The notes under the pieces are model-generated. The model saw only the letters and a program-made list of their open reading frames with translations. It did no database searches and was not told where the DNA came from. Of a stretch of DNA of 32,000 bases, positions 17,072 through 29,000 are shown piece by piece. A program made the position numbers and the translations under genes. Origin of the DNA: a bacterium (GTDB lineage Bacteria > UBP7 > UBA6624); contig PBAU01000003.1 in NCBI GenBank assembly GCA_002716355.1, positions 300,001 to 332,000 of the forward strand, read 5' to 3'. How positions within the stretch are numbered: the stretch's first letter is position 1; each line of letters opens with the position of its first letter.

Positions 17072-20000
17072 CTATTGGTAGCAAGAAGTTGGATTGCCTA
17101 ATGAATCAGAACCATCAAATATACTGAAGAATATCTCCTCGCTGCTCTGGCCTCCCCTTCTGTTATCTGTCCAAAGTGTAAATATCTTATCTCCAAAAAT
17201 CTCTATGGAAGGACTATGTTGAACATCTGGGCTCTGTATAGGGTCGCCAATTGAATAATCAGAAAGCTGCCATATTGGATCCATATTATCAGTACAGCCA
17301 AGAGTAACTCTTTCAGTTGAGTTAACTGCTGTGTCTGCCCAAGATATAGCGAATATGTCATCAGAAATATCAGCACTTACTCTCAAATAGAGAGGAGAAG
17401 CGCCTGAACCGCTATTGTTTACCTGAGAAGCACCTGACCAATTCCTACCTCTGTCTGTTGTTTTCTTGGTTAATGTTTGGTTAGCTGTACTAAACGCAAC
17501 AAACATATCTGGAGAAGCTGTATTTGAAGTTTTTGAAACATCCGCTAAACTCGGATAAAGACCTGTATTAATTGTTGTAACATTCCTACAAACACCAGTA
17601 AGTGCATCTGAACTACACGCAGCAGAATCAATAGCAACACCAAAACCAAATGAATCAAGATTAGCAATATTAGTACCACCTTGAGTGCTGCCTACAAATT
17701 GATCTTCATAATTCATATTAAACCAACCACCATACTGGCTAGTAGCACCCTTGATAGCAGGATCATCTGAAGTGTGAACAAACCTATTGAACATAACAGT
17801 GTGTTCAGGGTTGTTTGGTGGACTTGAGTCAAAGAATAATGAATATTGTCCGAAAGGTTCATTATCAGATTGGCCAACAACAGTTGAATCAGGCCTCTGG
17901 TCCTCAGAATCAATCACTGACCATGCAGCCCATTGTCCAAGAGCTGAAGCATGGAAGTCATTCTGTGTATCTCCAACAGTTCCAACAGAACCACCACTTG
18001 AAAGAATATTTCCTGACTGTGAATGCCTTGTTGGAATCTGAAGGTTACCAATATAACCATCAGTAACAACAGTAAATGTTTTCAGTTCCTCAGTTCCAGT
18101 AAGCGTGTTATCCGTATTCCTTATAAAGGTTTCACCAACTGGCATTGGCTGGAAAAGAGCTCCACTCCAATTAACATAAACTCTAGAAAGATCTCCATCT
18201 AAGCCTTGGAAGCTAGTTGGAATATCAATCACATCACAAACACTTCCCTGAACAAACACCTGACCACCTGCAAATACCTCTACAGGCTGTCCAATATTGT
18301 ACATAGCAGCATCTTCATCCTTAAGCAAGAAAACACCGCCTTCTGCCACCCATTCTCCAGAAAGCTGATCTTGGATACCAAACTTACAATCACCACTTCC
18401 GATTGCAAGGTTTCCATTATCCCAGAAACTTTGAGGTAAATCAAGCAATCCTGTGTCACATGGATATGCTGCAAACATGTTGTCTTCATCGAAACATTGA
18501 GCACCAGATCCATCACTTTGGACTAGAGCTGTATGTGTTCCTTGAGTTGTTGCCCTGACTGCAAAATTCCATACACCTGCACTATCAATATCAAAATCAG
18601 AAACATCATCGGCTTGGTAATTAAAATCATTGATATTCAAAACATCATCATCATTACCTCCCCAGTACCAAGATCTTGAATAATGGAAATCCCATTCAAA
18701 ACCAGTATTGCTGTTGAAATCAGCTGACAATGTATCTCCGTCTGGATCATAATGATCAGCAGAAAGGCTAATAGTAAATGGTGTTATTCCAAAAAGGTCA
18801 CCATCTGTTTGCTGTATTATCCAAGCTACAGGCGGATTATTAACAGTCAAACCATTACCTACACCACCCAAATGTATAGGGCTGCCATTCGCACAAACAT
18901 TTTCATCTAATGTTGATGCTGTAGCTCCACCATCAGAATATTCGATACAAGACTCCAAACTGTAACCTTCATCTGAAGGATCTCCATCTGAAAGATAAAG
19001 ACTTGGCCTGAATGTAACACCTTGCCCCGAAACAAGACACCTAAATGAATCAGAACCATTTATGCCTTGATCCCCTAAGTCAGAATCACCATTAGCAACA
19101 CCTATCCTGTGACCTTGATTCGCATTCCATATAGCCTTATTGTTACCAAAACCTGTTTGATAAGGCCAAGAACCCGAATCATCACATCTCCATTGTGGAA
19201 CCTGATCCTTATCGTCACAGAATGTTGTTCCATCAGGACATATATCATCACCAATTCCAGAATAATTAGCAATACCATCTTTATCTATAGTTCCTGCACC
19301 ATCACCAAACAGAATTGGGTCTCCGTCTGGATCCCATGAAGAACGTGCTGAATAATCAACATCCCTAGAACTGTCACCTGAGAATACAGGATCTTGTATT
19401 GTCATGTGTGCCAAAGGAATCCTATTTCTCCATACAGTCATATCAAATGATGAAATATCCTCTCTTGCTGAAGCACAACTTGCAATAGATTCTGTTTCAC
19501 ACACCCTTATAGAAATGTTTCTCTTAGCGGTATAGGTTGAAGAGTCGCCTGAATTTGGCTCATCTGTACCATTCCATAAAGCAGCACCTGAAACCTGGTC
19601 CCTACAAACATGCTCGAACCAAGCTGGCTCAGCAACTGGATCTGCGCTCAAAGTGGAACCACTCATGTCTACAGAGAAGTTATTTGGATCATTATCCCAA
19701 TCACAATCAACCTGCACGAAAACATTTCTTCCATAAGGATCAAGACTTCTTGATGCATCTAAATGAACAATGGAGTCAAAAAGAATATCTACAGGATTAC
19801 AATTTGGCAATTCTGCAAAAGGACATCCTCCAGGGTTAACTCCTGCAAATGCATTCAAAGGCTTAGGGAACATGTATGTTCCATCTGCAAAAACATCTAA
19901 CAAGTCTGCATCTGGAGATTTAAGGTCTACTAAACCTGGATCTGCATCAGCTTCCCAGAAGTTAACCTGACTGTCGGCATCACTTGGGAATACAGCACTC

Positions 20001-23000
20001 TGAGGTCCTAATTGCTCTATAACTCTAACATTTACTGTGTCTGTGTCAGTAAGCCCCATTGTGTCTTCAACTGTTAATGTTACTATCCACATGTCTCCAT
20101 TTGAATCATTATTCAAATCAGTCAAACCGTCTCTAACTTGAGGATTGGCTTGATTATCGTCATAAGTGCATGTATGTGTTGATCCAACACCACCAGTTCC
20201 ATTACCACAATCCCATGTGTATGTAAGAACTTGATCATCAGGATCAATTGAATTATGAGCTGATAAATCAACAGAGAACTGTCCATTGAAATTAGGTGCT
20301 GAACTTATTGAAACATCAAAAGTTCCAACCCAGTTCAAATGATCTTCAATCCAGGGATTTGTTGGATTGGTATTCGGATCCCAATTCTCAGGACCTGAAA
20401 TAGCAGCTCTTGGAGCTCTATTCAACATGTTTCTAACAGGAATTTGACTCAAAGAGGTTGAGCCAGGAAGACAGAAGTAATCCGAACATCCAGGAGAAAC
20501 ATGAGGATCATTTACTACAAGTTCGATTGGGCCAACACTGTATGGTATCAATGGAGTGTTGGAAGCCGCATAAGAACAAAGGTCATAAGTAAATGGACCG
20601 GGAGAGAATGGAGGACTTATGTTTGGAGCATTTGCATCTCCACAATCCCATTCAAAAGTTGTAGACCAAGGAGGATTGCTTAATTGATTTTCTAAATCTA
20701 TTGTTGAATTTCCGACTAAAACAATATTATTTGATGTCAACAAATTATCCACAACAGGCAAGAAGTCAGTTTGAGGATCAACATAAAGAATAGGCATTGG
20801 TGTTGTATTTGTTGCCCTTGCAATATTATGGTTATCCTGTCCGGACAAATCACCATCACTAACAACAAGAGATACAGCAGGTCTTCCTACTGTTTCAAAT
20901 TCACAATCCTGAGCAGAAGCATTTCCTGCTGCAGTTCCATCACACTCCCAAGAGTACTGCAAAGAATCACCATCAGGGTCCCAGGAAAGATAAAGAGGAT
21001 CTTCACCTTGAGCCCTTGAATGCCAGCTAGTGACTCCTCCAACAGGAACAACCCAGTCAGTGTTTTCCTCATGGGCAACAACAATAGGAGCCCTGTTTTC
21101 CCAAATTTCAAATATCAAATACTCAATATCGATATTGTCATTCATGTCAATAATTCCATTGGTTGAATAATCATCTCTTAAAGGTTCAGGGAAGGTGATG
21201 ATGTCAGGACCAACAACACCACATGTGTCTATAGTGAAAGTTGAAGTCACTGAACCAGCTTCCTTAACTAACCCTTGCCTTCCTCTAACTAGATTCAGCT
21301 CAACATCAGCACAAGCTCCAGTATCAAGCTGTAACTGATTGTCTCCAGCTGTAGCAGCAGAACCGATATTCCCCTCACGAACCTCTTCAATTTGAGCACC
21401 GTCATCCACAAGGTATGCAGGAGACATGCCACCACCAAGAATACCTCCGTCAACTCTTACAGTATCCAAAAGGCTGATAAGCCTTGCATTGTCTCCAGCC
21501 TGAACGGTTTCAAGCAATGGGTCAGCAAATTCAAGAACATCTGGACTGCCAGGGGTACAGTTGGTAACTGTTGTTGTTGTAGGTCCAGCACCAAACATAT
21601 TGTCATCCTCAATACGTATTGGGTTCCCTATACGGAACTGTTGAGCAACACATTCTCCGTCCGGAATGTCAACACTTGTTGAATTTATTTGAGCATTCGA
21701 AACTACATCTGTTATAGGGTCTGTTGGATCACATCCACCAACCTCAACAGTCCTGTCGTCTGAATCCCCAATCTGGTTCGAAACTCTTACGCCAACATTG
21801 TCAGCAAAAACCCCTGTGGCACAAACCCCATCTGCAACTATTACATAATCTGTAAATTCAATATGATCCCTAATCAAGGGTTCAACAGAAAAACCACATC
21901 CGCCAACAGTTCCATTATCACAAACTGAATACTCAACGATCTCGAAAACAGGACCGCCAACAGGGTTTGGGAAACTACACGTCCCCACAGCAAAATCAAA
22001 TATCTGACCTGCACCACAATCAATTCGATATTCAAGAGAATCATTATCAGGATCCCATGAATTATTCAAATCTATCTCAACATTATGGGTTGTTGAACTT
22101 GATCCAACAGTCAAAGAACCTGTGTAATCAGCAAGTGCAACTGGCCTTTGCTGGCCAGGTCCTGCTTCATCAACATAAACAACAACTGTTCTCACATCTT
22201 CAGAAGGGAAACTTTCATCATCAAGGACCTTTACAGTAAGAAGGTTTGCTCCAGTAACCATTCCATCTATTGCAACAGAACAGCTACCAGACTCTTGAGT
22301 CATTCCTGGGTTATCAAAAGCAAGATTATGCACCCAGTTACAGTCAATTTCTCTAGAGGAGATTCCGGAACCAGCACTCATGTTTGTATCAGCATCTAAT
22401 GAAAGAGCTGTATTCCATGGAACTGGCTGTTGTGAATCATGGTTGTAATAAACACCTGTAACTTTTATACTTCCCATTGGATCTTGGTTCATGTCAGAAA
22501 CATAAACATCTAAATTCACGGTATGGGAACGAACAGAATCAGTAGGCAATATTGTGTTTGCATCTCCTGAATCATCTCTCAAGCCACCATCGTCTGTAAC
22601 TGTCAAAGTCACTGTTTTGACACCTGTTCCATCATTCACCTCATCATAAGAACATCTCCATGTAGGATCAGAAGTTCCACTCCATTCAGAAAGTGTTCCT
22701 CCGTTACAAGTTGGCTGATATTCATTAATGTTTCCATCAAGATCGTCTGATCTTGAACCATCAAAATCTACAAAATATGAACCGGAAGGATCGTATGTTC
22801 CAAGAGAGCCGCTCGCACCGCTTATGAAGAAATAAGCCTGCGGCTGCCTGTTTTTCAAGCTCGTATCACATGGCGTTCCATCATTTGGACAATCTCCAAC
22901 ATGTATAACTGTAGTGATGACTGTAGAAAGACCTCCATCAGCATCTGTAATCCTTAAACCCACAGTGTAGTCTTTTTCTTCTGAGAAAGTTACATTTTCG

Positions 23001-26000
23001 CTTTCGTTTGTTGAATCAACCGTAAACACACCACCAAGAACATCAAAATCCCATTCATAAGTACAACCATCACAATCTGTTGGGTCTGTCCATGTCGCAT
23101 CATCTGTATCAATAGCTACAGCACTGAAATCAACGCTCAAAGGAGCAAAACCAGCAAGGAAAGGACTTGCAGAAATAGCACCCTGTGGTGCTTCATTCTC
23201 ATTCGGCATGACTCTATATGTCACAGCATGAATATTTGTTCCACCAAGATTATCAGTTGCTCTCAAAGCAATTGTTCCTTCTCTGTAATTAGCACCAGGA
23301 ACATCATTTCCGAATGTTAAATCAACTGATGAATTTAATTCATTTCCGCTTACATCAACATTAAATGTTATGCCGTCATAATTAAGATCCCAATCCCAAG
23401 CAACAACCTCACCATCAGCATCAACTGACCTTCTTCCATCAAGATAGACTGATGCATTTCCAACATTGTCATATTCTGAAACATTACGTACAGAATCAAC
23501 AAAAGGCTTGACTATCGCAACAGCCTGCGGAACACTGTTTCCAGCATTGATGTCATGCTGGTAGCCATCTGAACTTGGATCATCACCATAACCAACGGAA
23601 ATAGTCAAGCTTCTTGAACCTGTCTCTCCATTATTATCAATAAGGTCATAGGTCACAACATAATCACCAACTTCCCTGAAGGTACATTTTCCAGTACCAT
23701 CACCATTGTCGCTTAGTATCGGCTCACTACCTGCACTAGCAATTGAACTGGAATCACAATCCAAACTTCCATTTCCAAAGTTGACTATTTCATCCTCTCT
23801 GTCAAAAGAAGCTTTTGCATCCAAGCAAACACTGAAAGAAGGTGTTGCAAGATTATGGTCAAGAACACCTGCAGAAGCCATAGGACAAGATTCGTTTTGG
23901 TCTTCTCTTAACCTCAAAAGAACCACTGGTGCTTGGTTCTGGTAGTCATCCACGTAGAGGTAACTCCAAATAATTGGTGAACATTCACCTGGGTTTGGCC
24001 CACCGCTACATGCTCTCATTCCAACTCTAGTTCTGTTGTCTCCTGCATCAAAAACAGAATTTGAATAATTCAAATCAACAGCACAATTTGTACCAGCTGC
24101 AGGATTAACGTTTGGATTACAGTTAACTGTATGGTCTGGAGTCCAACTTGAAGAAGATCCATCCCAATCCTGAACAAATTCACATGTGAAGCTTGTACCA
24201 TCAGGATCATAAGAACCCCTGTTGTTATCTCCAAAAGCGCTTACTCTCCATGCACATTGAGCTTCAACTGCAAGGTTGCCTGTTTCATCTAGCTCACCAA
24301 CAGCCCTATTACTGTTTGAAGCATTTCTAAGCCTCATGACAGAAACAGGTGGGCGATCCTGATTGTTATTGACAGGAACCCATATCACACCACAACCAAC
24401 AGCCCCATCATTATCAGTGTACCTTGCACCAACTCTCTTTAATCCTGTTGTGGCATATGAATAATTAGTGAATGTATTGGTTCCAGGACTGGTCCAATCA
24501 TTGTCATTTTCACAGCTATTTGCTTCAACAAAATTAGAATTTCCAAAACCACCTGTCCTTGTGATGTTTGTGTCATAATTTGCATTCCACTCACAAACAG
24601 CAGGTTGAGGAGCAGAAAAACCACCGTCATCCTCGTAGTCACTAACCCAACATTCCAATTCGGGACCAAATTCATTTGTTGCCATCCCTGTACTTATACT
24701 TCCTGAAAGATCTCTTATATGAACCTGAGGAGCATTGTTAACTCTCTGAGTGAAAGAGTTTCCATCAATCCAAGTTGCTCCTTGATCAGAACTCATCATA
24801 TGGAACATTTTCGCACGACCGCTTGAAGCCTCAACAAAACTTAAATGCCAGAAACCATCAAAAGGACCTCCTGTTGCAGGCTCTATAGTTAATGAAGGTT
24901 GAGTCTGCGCACCTTGTCCAGATGCTCTCAAATCACTGTTTGCCAAGCCAGGCATAGAGTTTCTTGAAGACCAAGTAGCACCTGCATCTATACTTTCAAC
25001 CCAATAAATATCTAAGTCACCAGTTGCATCATCGCCAAAGAAAACGATAATGTGATCACTATTTACAGGATCTATCACCATATTTGGAGTCTCAGAATTA
25101 CTGGAACATACTGGAGTGCCTTGCTGGTGAGATATATTTTGAGCCTCCTCCCAACTGACGTTTCCATTAAGATAAGCACCCTTTCTATACCTTATTTGAG
25201 TCTGACCTCCAAGGCACTCTTCTAATGAAGATGACATCCAAATTGTATGTAGCACACCTTCATCCGGGCCTGTTTGAGTGAAATGTATATTATGCTGTCC
25301 TTGAGACCAACTGCTGTCAGTTCCTTCAGCTGGAAGGAAAGGATAAGCATCAAATTCACCAATATCACCACTGATCATCTCATCGTTCCCAACAGTCAAA
25401 GGGATTTCAGAATTGCTCTGCGGGTCCCCCTCTCTACAGAGTTTTGCATCCCATGATCCACTGTATACATTCAAACACATCAGATTACTTGTTGCGCCTT
25501 CCTCATCTACAACTCGAACAGCGATTCTGTAATCACTACCAAAATTCATCTGAGTCCCCAATCCATCTATACCATTTGTTGAATTAAGCTCCCATTGGTA
25601 GAAGTTCTGTTCAGTTGAGTTTGCACATATGTTTGCAGGATCGTTTACAGGTATGAAATTAGGATCTGCAACATCAATATTTGCAACATCCGACTCTATA
25701 ACATCAGCAAAGAAAGAAACACCGTCGTAATCAAGATCCCATTCAAGAGTTTGAAGGGCATCATCATCACAGACACCTACACCAAAACCAATAAATTTAC
25801 CTGGTGCAGGATTGAAGAACTCTGTTGGGTTTGTCCCAATAGGGTTCAAAACGGTGAAATCATCCAAACCTGCAGTAAAGGCACCCTGTTCACATGTGGC
25901 ACAATTGGCAGGATCTTCATCAACACCATAAACCCATATCTTAGGAACCTCTGGAGCCTGATTAACCTGTACCCTAACAACCTCAGAATCAGTTGATATA

Positions 26001-29000
26001 CCATCAGTTACAGTTAATGTCGCATCATAGAAAGGAGCATTTGCTGTATATGTATGTATATATGTTGAATTCAAAGTTGTTAAATCATTAGTCCCATCTG
26101 TATCAAAATCCCATTGATACTGAAGAGCATCAGGTCCTGAATCCAAATCAAAACTAGATGAAGCATCAAATTCAACTCTCAAGTTAGTTGGAGTGTCATC
26201 GAGTATCTCAAAAGAAAGATTTGCTGAAGGCGCAACGTTGTTAATAACGCCGACAGAGGCACTTGCAGAATCACAAAGCTGTGCTTCAGGGAAATCAAGA
26301 ATGCCTGGATAACGACATGTTCCATCAACAGCAACAACTCTAATTCTGAAATCAGCCTCACCAGTCCATAGATCAACACCATTCAGCTCTGCAGAAGGAG
26401 CAGTCCAAACAATTCCACTTACCCCTGATTTTGCCCAAATCCCATCGTTGCTTTCAATACTTGCAGAAGGACCATAAGAACCCCATTGCCTATGTTCAAG
26501 AATGGCATTGTTGCTTGTAAGGTAATTATTAGTCAACGTGTCAGCCAAAGTAATCGTTGCAACAAAATTACCAAAATTACCTGATTCAGTACATTCAACT
26601 ATCGTTGTATCAAAACCAGTTGGATCACTACTGTCACTAATCCTTATAGGCCTATACTGATTATGACGGTTACATGAACCTTGAACGGAAACAGTACTAC
26701 TTGTTGAAAAAGCATCAGTCGTCAGGTAAGCTCTGGTGTTTGCATTATTGTTGGAACCTTTCCAATCAGTCCAATAGTATTTAGTTGTACCACATGGGTC
26801 TGTCCATGTAGGGGCACAATTACCTGGACCGTCAGCATCCTCAATAGAAACAGAAACAGTTGTTTTTGAAGCATCTGAAGCGGCACTATTTAGAGGTGAT
26901 TCAAATATTGGATCATCAGCAATGCTTGGTCCAGAAGTTATCTGAGGGGGATCATTAACATTTGGAGAACTATAAACAACCGTAACAATTGACTCATCCG
27001 AACTCTCACAATCATCACTAGAGTCACTAGGAGTAAAGACACCACCTAAATCACATCCTAAGATTTGGTATTGATCATTTGTATCAAGAGTCAAAAACCT
27101 ATCTAGGCCCAGAGTCCCTGCCTGAACATCAACCGAAGTTATTTGGGCTCTCTGGTAACATCCATCTGTATTCCAGTCTGGTTCAGCGTAAGGCGAACAT
27201 GATTCACTTGAATCAGGGAAAACAACCACAAAGTGACCCCAGTCACACAAAGGATTTCCGACAACATTACTGCTGCCACAAATTCTGCTGAAATCTTGAA
27301 GAACATCAGTATCTTCAATTACATTTTTGCTTGTACCATCACCATTGTCAAGGAATCCCTGCATTGCTATCTGATCAGCGACGGAAACCGAAATAGGCAT
27401 TGCGCACCTTATGCTCACCCTTGCATTATTTGAAATAGCATAATCCTCATTAAGAGTTGTTGATATTTCAAGATTTCCAGCAGGAGCATTAAGAGGATCA
27501 GGATCAGCTGTAATCGACAGTATGAAAGTGTCTGTATATTCTGTTCCAGCATCGTCGCTAAGCCTAATAGGTATATTTGTATTTGGATTTACTCCACCAA
27601 AAGCCAATATATTATCTACTCTTATACAGGTTGTTCCTGCAGCAGCTCCACCACATTGACCCTGTCCGAAACTAAAGCCAACACTGGAAATTGCTGCTGA
27701 TGAATTAACAGTATCCAAAACCTTCAAAATTGAATTATCAATATTGAAATCTGGATTCCTAACAACGCTATTTGAAAGAATTACACCATTACCACCATTG
27801 TCAACTAAAGAATTGAAGCCGGCATCCGGACTCCATGACCAATTATCAGAACCCCAAAGATTGACAGAGTCGGTAACACAGCTTTGAGGGGTAGCATTAG
27901 GATTGTTAACATCAAGAGACCACCAGTATCTAATTATGTCTGAATTGGAGTCATCTGCACTTACAGTAACCTGTCTTGTGGAGCCAGTTGTTTCACTAAC
28001 CTCCATCGTAATTTGAGCTTGAGGGTTGCTTCCTGTTATAACAGGAATTGAGTTCTTAAACGCAGGGCCTCCTCCACCCCCACCGCTTGAAGTACCACTG
28101 TCTGATACAGTAATAAGCCAAGTAGTGCTTCCGACTCCACCAAAAATATCTTGAGCTGTAACAGTAATTTCATATTGATCACTTGTTAACTGAACATCTC
28201 TATCAGTCAAAGGGCGGAATCGACCACAAAAAACTGGTTGTTGTCCAGGTTGATTAGTACAAAGAAGACCACTTGAAGGATCGTTTGAAACATCTCCCAC
28301 CCTGCTATTTGAAGGCATTCCAATTTCGATACTGCCTTCGAAAGGAAGATTTTCACCTATCAAGTCAACATTCCAGCTAACCAAACTTATGTTTTCTGAT
28401 TCAGAAACATTTCCATTCTGGAATTCAGCAGCCAGCCAAACGTAATTATTGTCATTAGAACCTCCAGAACCATCATCACTGATGTCATCAGAATTAAAAG
28501 AGCCGCCAGAAGAAGCGCCTGGTTCTATGATTTCACTATTTCTAGGATCGTTTTTCTCATCCTCCCATTCAAAAGCAGTTACTGTTGCAGGGCTATTAAA
28601 TTCAGCTACATAATTTACAGTCAAATTAATATCTGACTCAGTGTAACCACCTTTATCATCTGACATACGTACTCTTAAAGTTACAGGAATATCTGTTTGT
28701 GCACATCCTGCATCCTCGTCAAGATTTGGAGCATGCCAAACGGCATGGCTGTAATACTGATTTGATATTATTTGACCTTCTTCATCCTGTAAATTTGTGG
28801 CTGGAGTTAAAGGATAAAAAGGTTCTAATAAAACTTGACCCTCATTTGTTGTTACAGTTCCACGACATTGACTTGGGCTAACCTGAGTCCATTCAACAAC
28901 AACATTATCATCAGCATCAGATTCTTGGAACTCAACATAAAGATCTATAACGGAGTGATCAATCGATGTAGTCGAATCTGTAACAAAAGAACACGTTTCA

